A stretch of DNA of 64,000 bases from Myxococcales bacterium (GCA_024640845.1 JAHEEE010000003.1:26257-90256); one strand, 5' to 3'. Counted from the first letter of the stretch, positions 1-11,793 are shown. A program made the numbers and translations. Notes: a model not told the origin generated them from the letters alone.

Positions 1-1
1 T

Positions 2-919
2 GGGTTGGTTCAGCGGGGCGAACAGATTACGATCTACTTCACCATCAAGAACCTCGGTCCGGCCGATAGCTTCGACCTTCAAGCCAACATCCAGAACAAA
101 AGCGGCCACGGTGTCCTGCTCTACGACGGGCGCTTCGAGCGCGAGGAGGGGCTCAAGCGTGGGGAGGAATGGGTCGTGCCGTTCACTCTCCAAGTGCTCC
201 CGGAGTTCGACGAAGACGAAGCTCAACTGATGGTCGGTGTGCTCGACAACGAGCTCGGCGCAGCGGCGGGTCAGAAGCTAGTGATTCCGATTGAGGCTGC
301 GCAGACGCCCATCGAAAACCTTCCGAGTAAAAAGGTGGTCCTCGTCGAGGCGGGCGCGGAGGTACGGGCGAGGCCCGACGCCCGCGCACCGGTCATCGCC
401 CGTTTCGACGAGTCAGCACGCTTGCTCCTGACGGCGCAGAGCGGCGACTTCGAGCGAGTCAACCTCGGTGGGGGCCGGCCTGGTTGGGTGGCCTCAGGCG
501 CGACGAGCGAGGCGCAGGGCCAGGTCGCGAAAAACCCGCCGCTCACATGGGAGACCCCGAACGCGTCGCCAGAGATCGAGTTTAGCAGCCTCGATACCCT
601 CGTCACCCGGGACGAGCAGATCCGGATTAAAGGCGAAGCCACCGACGGCCAGCGCGTGCGTGACCTCTACATCACGACGAGTGGCCACAAGGTCTTTTAC
701 GACTCGAACCAGCGGAGCACCACGCCGCGAGAGCTCGCGTTTGATGCCGAGATTCCGGTCCGGCCGGGTCTCAATACGATCATGGTCGTCGCGCGAGAGG
801 ACAGCAGCACCGTCACCCGCCGTTTCCTCGTCGTCCGTCGGGACGCCGAGGACGGATCGCTAATGGAGACCGAGAAGTTCCAGGGCGCCCTTCTCGGAAA
901 CGGCAACGGCTACCACTAA
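2..919 (+). CDS. C-terminal part of a multidomain (probably secreted) protein; the 5' end lies outside the window
   Basis: The frame is open to the window edge, with protein-like composition and high GC3. The segment VEAGAEVRARPDARAPVIARFDESARLLLTAQSGDFERVNLGGGRPGWV resembles a bacterial SH3 domain. Function cannot be assigned by eye. Confidence 0.6.
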   Translation, partial: GLVQRGEQITIYFTIKNLGPADSFDLQANIQNKSGHGVLLYDGRFEREEGLKRGEEWVVPFTLQVLPEFDEDEAQLMVGVLDNELGAAAGQKLVIPIEAAQTPIENLPSKKVVLVEAGAEVRARPDARAPVIARFDESARLLLTAQSGDFERVNLGGGRPGWVASGATSEAQGQVAKNPPLTWETPNASPEIEFSSLDTLVTRDEQIRIKGEATDGQRVRDLYITTSGHKVFYDSNQRSTTPRELAFDAEIPVRPGLNTIMVVAREDSSTVTRRFLVVRRDAEDGSLMETEKFQGALLGNGNGYH

Positions 920-1347
920 AGAAGGCCCGCGAACCGGTCTATGCCGGGCGGGAGCTCGCCTCCCCGGCGAATGTGGGCCCAGACCATCGGGACCAGCTTC
1001 TCGCGCGCCAGCTTCGGGTCCAGAGGCGATTCCGGGCCATGGAAGCTGAGGTCATCTGCAGATTCAATCTCGATGCGCTCGATTTCATTGGAATCCCAGG
1101 AGATCCGCAGGGACTCGCCGCCCTCTCCGCGTGAGGCGCGCATCAGCCGGACACCGCCGCGCTTCGGCGTACCCCACCCGAAGGCGACCCACTCGCGCCG
1201 CGTGGCGCCGGAAATCAGGGTGTCCAGGTCGTCGAGAATCGCGCGAACGACCGCCCCGCGCCCCAGATCCTCGGCGAGATCATTCGGGAACGGAGCTGCT
1301 TTCGCGATGCCTGGCCTTGAGCGGTGCACGTCGTCGCTATACCCCAA
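916..1347 (-). CDS. hypothetical protein (143 aa)
   Basis: The translation is protein-like, whereas the overlapping + frame (941-1435) is Arg/Ser/Pro-rich junk. Its stop overlaps the stop of the upstream + gene. The start (TTG 1347 or GTG 1329) is uncertain. Confidence 0.5.
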   Translation of the reverse strand: MGYSDDVHRSRPGIAKAAPFPNDLAEDLGRGAVVRAILDDLDTLISGATRREWVAFGWGTPKRGGVRLMRASRGEGGESLRISWDSNEIERIEIESADDLSFHGPESPLDPKLAREKLVPMVWAHIRRGGELPPGIDRFAGLL

Positions 1348-1435
1348 CTATCAGCGCCGTTCTATGTGCTCTAATGTAGTCCATTTGACTTCATTCACCC
1401 ACTTGGCTAAAGACCATCCGTTCAGGAGGCTCAGC

Positions 1436-2032
1436 ATGGCAGGTGAGGAGTTGATCGTTCAGCACCGAAAGATGGTTGTCGGTTTGGCGAGCCGTCTCAG
1501 ACGGGAGCTCTCGTTGTCGGGCGACCTGGACGACCTCGTGGCGTTTGGATTCGGTGGCTTGCTCGAGGCGCAGCACCGATTCGACCCAAGCCGGGGCGTG
1601 CGCTTTCAGACCTTCGCCTATCACCGGGTGCGGGGTGCCATGCTCGACGGGGTCCGCCAGATGGCCGACCTCCCCCGACGCGCCCACGAGCGCCTCAGAG
1701 AGGAAACGGAGTGCCGGCCGACCGCTGCGCCGACCCCGCTGGACAAGGCCTTCACGCGGATCAGCGCCCGCCTCACGAGCCCGAGCCCGGTTCAAGGAAC
1801 CTACGCTGAGGAGAACCCCGAGGCTGCACTACTCAAGAACGAGAGCATCGAGCGGCTGCTCGGAGCATTGTCGCGGCTTTCGATGCGTCAGCGCGTGTTG
1901 TTGCGAGGCCGCTACTTCGAGGGCCGGCCGCTCGACGCCATGGCAGCGGAGCTCGGCGTTTCGAAGTCTTGGGCGAGCCGACTTCACACGCAGGCCCTCG
2001 AGGCGCTTCGAGCCGCGCTCAAGGCGCCTTGA
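1436..2032 (+). CDS. RNA polymerase sigma factor, sigma-70 family (FliA/WhiG-like, group 3)
   Basis: ATG at 1436 is preceded by AGGAGG (1424-1429). Region 2 is DLVAFGFGGLLEAQHRFDPSRGVRFQTFAYHRVRGAM. The region 4 HTH is MRQRVLLRGRYFEGRPLDAMAAELGVSKSWASRLHTQAL. Confidence 0.85.
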   Translation: MAGEELIVQHRKMVVGLASRLRRELSLSGDLDDLVAFGFGGLLEAQHRFDPSRGVRFQTFAYHRVRGAMLDGVRQMADLPRRAHERLREETECRPTAAPTPLDKAFTRISARLTSPSPVQGTYAEENPEAALLKNESIERLLGALSRLSMRQRVLLRGRYFEGRPLDAMAAELGVSKSWASRLHTQALEALRAALKAP

Positions 2033-2273
2033 GCGAAAGTCGGTCGGCCAGCCGAAATCCGCCTGTTCCCGGGAGGTTGTATGCGCAGGCTGGTTCGCGC
2101 TTAGCCTCCGAATGCGCAATGTGTTTCGCACTTTTCCGGGGGTGTGCCGTTTTCGGATTCACCTGTGGCAAACGTTGCCGTTCCTTGTAAATTCCCGTGT
2201 AAAGTGGGCCCTCAAAGCCTTGGTTTTGTGGTTTTCTTCAGATGGCACGCAATCTGCATCATGCTCCAGCAAG

Positions 2274-2465
2274 ATGGGGGCATCTAGAAATCATAGTCAG
2301 AGCGTTCCCGCGGCCGACAGCCGCGGCGTTCGGATTCTTGCGAAGTCGGTCTACCGAGAGCTCCGCAATAGCGGCCACAGCCGCTCGGACATCGTCGCGT
2401 TCACCAACGCGGTTCTCGAGCTCGTGACCACCGAGCTTCGCGACGCGCAGGAAGCAGCCGAGTAG
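2274..2465 (+). CDS. small hypothetical protein (63 aa)
   Basis: ATG 2274 lies in the frame of track ORF 1476..2465. GC3 is high after the first ~10 codons. No family recognised. Confidence 0.45.
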   Translation: MGASRNHSQSVPAADSRGVRILAKSVYRELRNSGHSRSDIVAFTNAVLELVTTELRDAQEAAE

Positions 2466-2524
2466 CAACCGCGTGTAGCGCTCGTCTTCCTCGAGAAGCG
2501 CGATAGACGCGCTCGGGTGGCTCC

Positions 2525-2553
2525 TTGACCCCGCGTCGGCCCGCGCCTAGGTT
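2525..2553 (+). promoter_or_regulatory. candidate sigma-70-type promoter for gap-pgk-tpiA-secG
   Basis: TTGACC (2525-2530), a 17-nt spacer, then TAGGTT (2548-2553), about 55 nt upstream of the gap ATG. GGAGGGA lies just before the start codon. Confidence 0.4.
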
Positions 2554-2609
2554 CGGCGTTCGCCGGCGGCGTACTCTGACCGCGCCGTGGCACGGAGGGA
2601 GTCGAACGA

Positions 2610-3617
2610 ATGGCGACGAAAATTGGAATTAACGGCTTCGGGCGCATCGGGCGTTGCGTGGCCCGGATCGCTGCAGAGCGTGGAGACATCGAGATCGTCG
2701 GGATCAATGATCTGACGAGCGCGGAAATGCTCGCGCACCTTCTTGAATGGGACTCGGTGCATCGCCACTTCGGCCATCCCGTAAAAGCGGACGAAGGCGC
2801 GCTTTGGATCGGCGACCAGCGGATTCCAGTTTCGGCGGAGCGTGACCCCTCCAAGCTGAAGTGGAAAGAGCTCGGCGCAGAGATCGTTCTCGAGTGCACG
2901 GGTCTCTTCCGCACCAAAGAGAAGGCCTCGGCGCACTTGGCGGCGGGCGCCGAGCGGGTGATCATCAGCGCGCCTGGGAAGGGCGACATCGACGGCACCT
3001 TCGTGGTCGGCATCAACACCGACAAATTCGACCCCGCGAAGGACACTGTCATCAGCTGCGCGTCGTGCACGACGAACTGCCTCGCCCCGCTGGTCAAAGT
3101 CCTCAATGACACCTACGGCATCGTCAAGGGCCACATGGTCACGGTGCACGCCTACACGAATGACCAAGGGCTGCTGGATCAGCCGCACTCGGACATGCGC
3201 CGAGCGCGCGCCGCAGCGCTGTCCATGATTCCGACCTCGACGGGCGCCGCGACGGCCATCGGGCTCGTGCTTCCCGAGCTCAAGGGCAAGCTCGACGGGA
3301 CCGCCATTCGCGTGCCGACCCCGAACGTTTCGCTCACGTGCCTCACCGCGCAGGTCGCGAAGAACACCGACCGAGAGTCGGTCAACGCAGCGCTCAAGGC
3401 GGCGGCGGAAGGTCCGCTCAAGGGCATTCTCCAATTCGAAGAGAAGCCGCTGGTCTCGATCGACTTCATGGGCAACCCGCATTCGTCGATCTGCGACGCA
3501 GCCCAGACCCAGGTCGTCGGCGGCGACCTCGTCGAGGTGCAGAGCTGGTACGACAACGAGTGGGGCTTCTCTAATCGAATGCTCGACCTCGTACGCATCG
3601 TCTCGAGCGCGAGCTGA
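2610..3617 (+). CDS. gap: glyceraldehyde-3-phosphate dehydrogenase
   Basis: N-terminal [12 protein letters not shown]-binding motif and active site SCTTNCLAP. 335 aa. Confidence 0.97.
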   Translation: MATKIGINGFGRIGRCVARIAAERGDIEIVGINDLTSAEMLAHLLEWDSVHRHFGHPVKADEGALWIGDQRIPVSAERDPSKLKWKELGAEIVLECTGLFRTKEKASAHLAAGAERVIISAPGKGDIDGTFVVGINTDKFDPAKDTVISCASCTTNCLAPLVKVLNDTYGIVKGHMVTVHAYTNDQGLLDQPHSDMRRARAAALSMIPTSTGAATAIGLVLPELKGKLDGTAIRVPTPNVSLTCLTAQVAKNTDRESVNAALKAAAEGPLKGILQFEEKPLVSIDFMGNPHSSICDAAQTQVVGGDLVEVQSWYDNEWGFSNRMLDLVRIVSSAS

Positions 3618-3621
3618 GCCC

Positions 3622-4809
3622 GTGTCGGATTCAATTCGCTCGATCGAGGATCTCAGCCTCGAAGGGGTAACGACGTTCATTCGCGTCGACTTCAACGTCC
3701 CACTGAAGAACGGTGAAGTCACCGACGACACGCGCATTCGAGCTGCGCTCCCGACGATCAAGTACGCGCTTGATCAGGGTGCGCGCGTGGTGCTCGCCTC
3801 GCATCTCGGGCGCCCAAAGGGCAAGGTCGTGCCGCAGCTCTCATTGGAGCCGGTGGCGGTGCGTTTGGCCGAGCTCCTCGAAGACGGCGAGGTGCGGCTC
3901 ACGGACGACTGCATCGGGGATGGAGCGCGCAAGGTCGTGCAGGATCTTCGCGACGGACAGGTTGCGTTGCTGGAGAACCTGCGTTTCCATCCGGAAGAGA
4001 AGAGCAACGACGTCGACTTTGCCCACGAGCTCGGCGCCGGATGCACCGCTTACGTCAACGACGCTTTTGGTGCAGCGCACCGTGCCCACGCATCGGTAAG
4101 CGCCCTGCCCCGTTCGATCGAGGATCGCGCCGCAGGCTTTCTTCTTCAGCGCGAGCTCGAGGTGCTCGAAAAGCTGCGCGCTGATCCACCGCGACCCTAT
4201 CTGGCCGTACTTGGCGGAGCCAAGGTAAGCGACAAGATTGGCGTCATGGAGGCACTCATCGGCAAGGTCGACGCGCTGCTGATCGGCGGCGCGATGGCCA
4301 ACACGTTTTTGGCTGCGCAGGGCCACGGCGTGGGTAAGAGCCTATGCGAGAACGAAAAGCTCGCGCTCGCGCGCAGCTTGATGAGCACTGCAGAAGAAGC
4401 GGGGGTCGACCTCCTTCTTCCGGTCGACGTGCGCATTGGCGACTCAGTCGACGCCGCTGACGCCAGGGAAGTCGATGTGAACGCGATCCCGGCCGACGCG
4501 ATGGCTCTCGACATCGGGCCGCGAACCGAAAGCCTCTACCGCGAGCGGCTACGACGAGCGCAGGCGGTGTTTTGGAACGGCCCCATGGGGCTCTTCGAGA
4601 ATCCCGCCTTCGCGAAGGGCACGCTCGCCGTGGCGCGTGCGACCGCCGATTGCCCAGGCTTCAGTGTGGTCGGCGGCGGCGACAGCGTCGCAGCCGTCAA
4701 GCAGGCGAACCTCGCGAGTCGGTTTGACCACGTATCGACTGGCGGCGGTGCGTCGTTGGAGTATCTAGAAGGCCGCCCTCTCCCGGGCGTGGAGGCCTTG
4801 AAGCCATGA
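3622..4809 (+). CDS. pgk: phosphoglycerate kinase
   Basis: GTG start 4 nt after the gap stop. Contains the [10 protein letters not shown] motif. 395 aa, in gap-pgk-tpi synteny. Confidence 0.97.
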   Translation: MSDSIRSIEDLSLEGVTTFIRVDFNVPLKNGEVTDDTRIRAALPTIKYALDQGARVVLASHLGRPKGKVVPQLSLEPVAVRLAELLEDGEVRLTDDCIGDGARKVVQDLRDGQVALLENLRFHPEEKSNDVDFAHELGAGCTAYVNDAFGAAHRAHASVSALPRSIEDRAAGFLLQRELEVLEKLRADPPRPYLAVLGGAKVSDKIGVMEALIGKVDALLIGGAMANTFLAAQGHGVGKSLCENEKLALARSLMSTAEEAGVDLLLPVDVRIGDSVDAADAREVDVNAIPADAMALDIGPRTESLYRERLRRAQAVFWNGPMGLFENPAFAKGTLAVARATADCPGFSVVGGGDSVAAVKQANLASRFDHVSTGGGASLEYLEGRPLPGVEALKP

Positions 4810-5582
4810 CCAGCCGCAAGCCGCTCATCGCTGGCAACTGGAAGTTGAACAACACCGTTGCCGAGTCCCAGGCGCTAGCCGGCGCGATTGCCGCGCACGT
4901 CGGCGACGGGCTGGCCTGCGATGTCGTCGTGGGTCCAGTCGCGACCTCGCTGACGGCGGTCGCCCAGACCTTGCAGGGCTCGGCCGTCGGGCTTTCCGCC
5001 CAGAACACACACTGGGAGGATTCAGGCGCGTTTACTGGCGAGCTCAGCCCCACGCTGTTGCTCGACGCCGGCTGCGGCTACTGCATCATCGGTCACTCGG
5101 AACGCCGACAGTTCTTCGGCGAGACAGACGCCGGCGTCCGCAAGAAGGTGGCCGCCCTTCTCGTCCACAAGCTCGTCCCCATCGTTTGCGTCGGCGAGAG
5201 CCTCGAACAACGTGAAGCCGGCCAGACGCTCGACGTCGTCCTCGGCCAGCTCGAGGCGGCCACCGATGGGCTCGATGCTGTCGCCCTGGCGCCGTTGGTC
5301 GTCGCGTACGAACCGATTTGGGCGATTGGCACCGGCCGCACTGCCAAGGCTGAAGACGCACAGGAAGTCCATGGCGCCATCCGGGCGAAGCTCGCCGAGC
5401 TCAAGGGCGAATCTTGGGCGAATTCGGTCCGCGTTTTGTATGGTGGGAGCGTGAAGCCAGCAAACGCGGACGAGCTGCTTGCTCAACCCGACATCGACGG
5501 TGCGCTCGTCGGTGGCGCGTCGTTGTCCGCCAGCGATTTCATCCCGATCATCGACGCCGGCGCGCGCCGCGCGGAAAGCTGA
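4806..5582 (+). CDS. tpiA: triosephosphate isomerase
   Basis: ATGA overlap with pgk. Motifs [15 protein letters not shown] and [11 protein letters not shown]. Confidence 0.97.
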   Translation: MTSRKPLIAGNWKLNNTVAESQALAGAIAAHVGDGLACDVVVGPVATSLTAVAQTLQGSAVGLSAQNTHWEDSGAFTGELSPTLLLDAGCGYCIIGHSERRQFFGETDAGVRKKVAALLVHKLVPIVCVGESLEQREAGQTLDVVLGQLEAATDGLDAVALAPLVVAYEPIWAIGTGRTAKAEDAQEVHGAIRAKLAELKGESWANSVRVLYGGSVKPANADELLAQPDIDGALVGGASLSASDFIPIIDAGARRAES

Positions 5583-5586
5583 GTCC

Positions 5587-6015
5587 ATGTATACGTTCCT
5601 TTCGATTGTCTATGTTTTCGTGTGTCTGTTCCTCATCCTCGTGGTGCTGTTGCAGTCCGGCAAAGGCGGAGGTCTTGGTTCGGCGTTCGGTGGCGGTGCA
5701 AGCCAGCAGATATTCGGCGGCGCTGGCGCCGGCAACCTGCTGACACGTCTGACAGCAGGATTCGCCTTCACATTCATGGCCCTCTCCGTGTGGCTTGCTT
5801 TCTTGTCGACCTCTGGTGAGCAGGCATTGGATCGCGCCGTTCGAGAGCAAACCGCGGCACAAGAAGCGGCTGCAGAAGCCGAAGAGAAAGAAGACGAGGC
5901 CGCCGCCGAAGAAGAGGAGGCCGCCGCCGAAGAAGCGGAAGCGGAGCCGCAACGGCCCGAGGCAACCGAGGCGGAAGCAGTCGAGTCCGACGAGACCCTG
6001 CCCGAGAGCCAGTAG
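5587..6015 (+). CDS. secG: preprotein translocase subunit SecG, with an acidic C-terminal extension
   Basis: ATG 5587 lies in the frame of track ORF 5479..6015. The protein starts MYTFLSIVYVFVCLFLILVVLLQSGKGGGLGSAFGG, and tpiA-secG synteny is preserved. The tail is EAAAEAEEKEDEAAAEEEEAAAEEAEAE... Confidence 0.9.
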   Translation: MYTFLSIVYVFVCLFLILVVLLQSGKGGGLGSAFGGGASQQIFGGAGAGNLLTRLTAGFAFTFMALSVWLAFLSTSGEQALDRAVREQTAAQEAAAEAEEKEDEAAAEEEEAAAEEAEAEPQRPEATEAEAVESDETLPESQ

Positions 6016-6017
6016 CG

Positions 6018-6827
6018 CTACGTACGGCCCCCGGTACCGTGAACCGGGTGAATCCTTAGGTAGCGCCCGAGGTGGGTCGCGCCCCAATAAAACGGAAGCG
6101 TGTCGAGCAGCGCCGCCGTTAGCTTGAAGGTGTAGCCTGCGCCGATGTACGTCAGGAGCTGGGGCCACAACGGCTCCCCCGTGTCGATGGGCAGACCCTG
6201 CACGAGGAAGTGCGTGATCAGAATGACCGACACAGTGTCGATGAGCTGACTCACCAACGTGGAGCCATTATTGCGCAGCCACAGATGACGCCCGCCGGTG
6301 AGGCGTTTCCAGAAGTGGAACACGTGGACGTCGATGAACTGCGCCGCGAGATAAGCGATCATCGACGCAGTCACCGCCCCGAACGCGAGACGCCGAACCT
6401 CGAAGAACACGCCCGACTGCGGCTGGTCTGCAGGCTCGAAACCGGGAAGCGCGCCCCCGATCCACAAGATCAGCATCACCCAGAGGTTCAAAGCAAGCCC
6501 CATCCAGACGACCTGGTTGGCCCTATGCCGGCCATAGAGCTCCGAGATGAAGTCCGTGCAGAGGAACGTAATCGGATACGGCAGGACGCCGACCGCAAGG
6601 GGCATGGGAATCGTGAGACTCGTTCCGGGGACCTCGAAGCTCAGATCGATGAAGCGAGTAATACCGAGGATGTTGAGCATCGCGAGTGTGCCGAGAAACA
6701 AGCCTGAGAGGACGAGGAAGACGAGCTGTCGGCGTTCGAGCACGGTTGCCTCGTCGAGCCGAGGAAGATCTTCGAAGGTGTACTGTTCGGATGGAAGGAG
6801 TGGGAGTGGGCGCTCGCCCTCGGTCAC
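6018..6827 (-). CDS. yhhQ: queuosine-precursor transporter family protein (YhhQ/VUT, DUF165)
   Basis: Polytopic membrane protein with PYPITFLCTDFISELYG. I chose the GTG start at 6827 because it forms a GTGA overlap with the upstream gene's stop. The track ORF extends to 6872. Confidence 0.8.
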   Translation of the reverse strand: MTEGERPLPLLPSEQYTFEDLPRLDEATVLERRQLVFLVLSGLFLGTLAMLNILGITRFIDLSFEVPGTSLTIPMPLAVGVLPYPITFLCTDFISELYGRHRANQVVWMGLALNLWVMLILWIGGALPGFEPADQPQSGVFFEVRRLAFGAVTASMIAYLAAQFIDVHVFHFWKRLTGGRHLWLRNNGSTLVSQLIDTVSVILITHFLVQGLPIDTGEPLWPQLLTYIGAGYTFKLTAALLDTLPFYWGATHLGRYLRIHPVHGTGGRT

Positions 6828-8179
6828 GGCTGCGCCTTGTCCCGCAACGCCTTCCCTTCGATGCCGCGCCAAGCCTGGTGCTCTTGGCCGGCTCGTTTGG
6901 AATCCTTGAGCTGCTCGTACAAAGAGGGGAACGAAACCGAAGCCTCGCGCTTTGCAATTGCAGCCTCCCAGGCATCTCGAAACTCTTCGAAGTTCTGGAT
7001 TGGCTGAACGATGATCTTGCCCCGCACCAGCCGCAGTGCCCCTGATGATGACGCTGACGATGAATGGTGCTCGTGGGGCTCATCGGCTTCGCAGGCGGCG
7101 CAGTGGTGCTCGACCCGCTCCTGCTGGATGAAGACCCGGGTGCCCTCGGGAAGCTCGCCCTCGAGGCCGTCGAGCGCGCCCGGCTCCCGTTCGAGACCCA
7201 CGAACGGCCAGCGGCGCTCGGCACCATGACGGAGGATCTCGAGCAAGGGGAACACCGGCACGGTCCCGTGGTCAGGGGTGTCGTGCGCGGCGACTGGGGC
7301 GCCGTCCCACAACACCAAGTCGCCGTAGTCGATGGGGGCATCGCGGAAGGTCGGCGATTGTACGACGCCGTGGCAAGGGCTCAACGGTGCCACCCAGACC
7401 AGCTCGAAGCCCACCGATTTGTCCGGAAGCTGTGAGGTTGCATCGGTCGCAGGGGTTCGTGAGAGCACGCGCAACAGCAGCGGCGGGAGGCCCGCGACAT
7501 AGGGCATGCCGCGCGAGCGATCCACACGCGCTTCGATCCCCATCTCCAGCCAAGCATCGACGGCTTCCTCGGCCTTCCCGAGCGCGGTCGCGCAGATCGC
7601 GAGATTCCAAAGGACGGGGCGCTCGTCCCCGAGGTGCATCCGCGCGAGCTCGTTGGCCGCGAACCCCTCGTCAAAGCGACCGCGCCACTTGTCCAGGAGC
7701 CCGGCGTCATACCACCATTCCCCGCGATCGGGATCGAGCTCGATCGCGCGGGTGAACGCCTCCTGCGCTTCTCCGTCGCGGTTCGGCCCTAAGAGCCGCA
7801 ACGCGTTGCCGAGCATGGCATAGAGGTTGCCGGCGATGGCGGGGTCTTTGCGATCGGCGTCGCTCAGCGCCCGTAGGGCGCGCTCCAACCCTGTCGCCGC
7901 CCATGACGCGGGACCCTCCTCCGCGATCGGGGGTTCGTCCATGCCACGGCGGCCCGCCTGCTCGACCAACATCGACGCCGCCACCAGCGAGAGACGCCAG
8001 TCGGCTTCCCAGGCCTGTGCCAGGTCCCGGAGCACGCCCCGGTGCGCGGGCGCGTTGCCCAACTCTTGGATGAGGCGCAGGCCAAGGCCTGCAAGCTTCG
8101 GATCCTCCAGGAGCTGCGCCCGTCGTTGGAGCAGCTCCTGCCAAGCTGCCTGGAGGTCTTCGGTGGCTTCGGCGTTCAT
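6824..8179 (-). CDS. hypothetical protein with TPR-like helical repeats
   Basis: 451-aa ORF with an ATG start. The N-terminal half is helical repeats (AQEAFTRAIELDPDRGEWWYDAGLL...). The C-terminal part contains HHCAACEADEPHEHH. No family recognised. Confidence 0.7.
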   Translation of the reverse strand: MNAEATEDLQAAWQELLQRRAQLLEDPKLAGLGLRLIQELGNAPAHRGVLRDLAQAWEADWRLSLVAASMLVEQAGRRGMDEPPIAEEGPASWAATGLERALRALSDADRKDPAIAGNLYAMLGNALRLLGPNRDGEAQEAFTRAIELDPDRGEWWYDAGLLDKWRGRFDEGFAANELARMHLGDERPVLWNLAICATALGKAEEAVDAWLEMGIEARVDRSRGMPYVAGLPPLLLRVLSRTPATDATSQLPDKSVGFELVWVAPLSPCHGVVQSPTFRDAPIDYGDLVLWDGAPVAAHDTPDHGTVPVFPLLEILRHGAERRWPFVGLEREPGALDGLEGELPEGTRVFIQQERVEHHCAACEADEPHEHHSSSASSSGALRLVRGKIIVQPIQNFEEFRDAWEAAIAKREASVSFPSLYEQLKDSKRAGQEHQAWRGIEGKALRDKAQP

Positions 8180-8293
8180 GCGGGCCGAGCTTAGCAGTCA
8201 ATTCCGACCTCTTCTTGGTGGAGACCGGCCTTTTTCGCTAACCTGGCAGAGCCGGGGCCGGTCAGCGGCCGCTTCTCTTCGAACGGGGACCAT

Positions 8294-9049
8294 TTGCAAT
8301 ATCACAGTGCGGGACTGACCGACGTTGGCCAGCGCCGAAAGCTGAACGAGGACGCGTTCTTAGTCGATGACGACCTCGGGTTGTATGTCGTCGCGGACGG
8401 TATGGGGGGTCACGCTGCGGGCGAGATCGCGAGCCAGCAGGCCGTCGAAACCGTCCACGGGATGGTGATTCGGGGCCACGGCGCGCTCGATAAGGTGGCG
8501 CAAGGCGACACCTCGGAGGAATCGCTTCGGCAGGCCATTCGTGTCGTCGAGAGCGCGGTGCAGGCGGCCACGTACATGGTCTTCGGCCTCGCGCAGCACG
8601 ATCCCAATCAGCAAGGGATGGGTACGACCGTGTCGGTGCTCGCCATGTGCGGTGACTATGGCATCACGGCGCAGGTCGGCGACAGCCGCATCTATCTCAT
8701 CCGTGGGCACTCGGCGGAACCGCTCACCGAAGATCACACGCTCGTCGCCTGGCAACTCAAACAAGGCATCATCACGGAGGCCGAAGCCGCCCGCTCCCCA
8801 CACCGAAACGTGATCACGCGTGCGGTCGGAAGCCGCGAGTACGTGCAAGTCGATACCGGCTTCTTCGAGGTGCGCCCGTCCGACGCTTATCTGCTGTGTT
8901 CAGACGGCCTACACGGCTATCTCCGAGAGCACGAGATCCCCGACGTGATCGAAATGGGCCCGAACGGCGCGGCACAACGCTTCATCGCGATGGCGAACTC
9001 CCGGGGTGGTCGGGACAATATCACGGCAGTCGTCGTCAGCGTGCGCTGA
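8294..9049 (+). CDS. PP2C-family Ser/Thr protein phosphatase
   Basis: The protein starts TDVGQRRKLNEDAF and contains VADGMGGHAAGE and DGLHG...GGRDNITAVVV. TTG start. Confidence 0.92.
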   Translation: MQYHSAGLTDVGQRRKLNEDAFLVDDDLGLYVVADGMGGHAAGEIASQQAVETVHGMVIRGHGALDKVAQGDTSEESLRQAIRVVESAVQAATYMVFGLAQHDPNQQGMGTTVSVLAMCGDYGITAQVGDSRIYLIRGHSAEPLTEDHTLVAWQLKQGIITEAEAARSPHRNVITRAVGSREYVQVDTGFFEVRPSDAYLLCSDGLHGYLREHEIPDVIEMGPNGAAQRFIAMANSRGGRDNITAVVVSVR

Positions 9050-9169
9050 GCGCGAACAACACCCACCCATCCCACCGCGCAAGAGGGGAACGGGATCGGC
9101 CCTCAACGACATCGAGCCCGAGTCCCATTGGGAACCCGAGCTCGAGTCAGTGTGCCGGAGGTGCCTTGG

Positions 9170-10990
<1,821 letters not shown>

Positions 10991-11094
10991 GGATAAATCG
11001 CTGCTTCCCGGAGCTGCTCAGAGCTTCCCGGCACACGTGGCCGTAGTTCCGAAGACCCCCGGAAACGCAGGGGATGACGTGGGTAGCAGGGGAG

Positions 11095-11793
11095 TTAAGG
11101 GGTGTCAATTGCAGGACTACGAAAGGATTCGACCAGCTCCAGCACGTGCCGGACGACCGCGTCCATATCGAGGCTCGTGCTATCGAGGATGACCGCGTCC
11201 TCAGCGGGCCGGAGGGGAGCGATCGCGCGAGTGGAATCCGCCTCGTCGCGCGCTTGAATCTGGGCGAGGAGCTCGTCGTAATCGACCTCGATCCCGCGTG
11301 ATTCCAGGTCTTTCACCCGCCGACGCGCTCGCTCTTCGGCAGACGCCGTCAAGAAGAGCTTCACCTCGGCGTCAGGGAACACCACCGTCCCGATATCTCG
11401 CCCTTCGAGGACCACCCCACCCTCTGCGCCGAGACGCCTTTGAATGCCCAAGAGCGCGCTACGAACGCCTGGATAGGCGCTCACCTGGCTTGCTCCGGAG
11501 GACATCTCGGGTGTTCGGATGTCATCGCCGCGATCTATGCCGTCTATCAAAAGCCGAGGAGTTCCATCATCTTGCGAGGCAAACCCAAGCTCGATCTCAC
11601 CACAAACCGCCGCCACGGCGGCCTCGTCGGCCCAAGAGATGCCGCGCTCGCGGGCGGCGAAAGCCACTCCGCGGTAGAGCGCGCCCGTGTCGACCAGCGT
11701 GTAACCGAGGCGGCGCGCCAGCTCTCGGGATGTGGTGCTCTTGCCGACTCCGGCAGGACCGTCGATCGCGATGACAGGTCGTGGGCGGGTCAT
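11095..11793 (-). CDS. cmk: cytidylate kinase
   Basis: P-loop IAIDGPAGVGKST. ATGA overlap with aroA. Confidence 0.95.
   Translation of the reverse strand: MTRPRPVIAIDGPAGVGKSTTSRELARRLGYTLVDTGALYRGVAFAARERGISWADEAAVAAVCGEIELGFASQDDGTPRLLIDGIDRGDDIRTPEMSSGASQVSAYPGVRSALLGIQRRLGAEGGVVLEGRDIGTVVFPDAEVKLFLTASAEERARRRVKDLESRGIEVDYDELLAQIQARDEADSTRAIAPLRPAEDAVILDSTSLDMDAVVRHVLELVESFRSPAIDTP

Noticed and set aside
941-1435. N-terminal extensions of track ORFs, such as 941..1435 ahead of the sigma factor. Others are 31817..32383 ahead of the phosphoesterase, 54136..54426 ahead of the methyltransferase, and 26388..26492 ahead of ppdK.
   Set aside because: The extensions are junk-like (Arg/Ser/Pro-rich) and overlap real genes on the other strand or the upstream gene. 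Internal starts with an SD or a stop/start overlap give canonical N-termini.
2166-2178. Sigma-54 promoter-like TGGCAAACGTTGC downstream of the sigma factor gene.
   Set aside because: The GG-to-GC spacing is 10 nt rather than the 12 nt of the TGGCAC-N5-TTGC consensus. It is more simply read as a small GGCAA/TTGCC hairpin.
2547-3761. 404-aa minus-strand ORF antisense to gap/pgk. The same applies to other long antisense or shadow ORFs: 9128..10099, 19077..20354, 21254..22264, 24864..26435, 38862..40307, 43501..44589, 53381..54667 and 61545..62582.
   Set aside because: Each lies opposite a confidently identified gene. Their translations are Arg/Ala/Gly/Pro-rich with no motifs. Long stop-free antisense frames are expected at this GC content.
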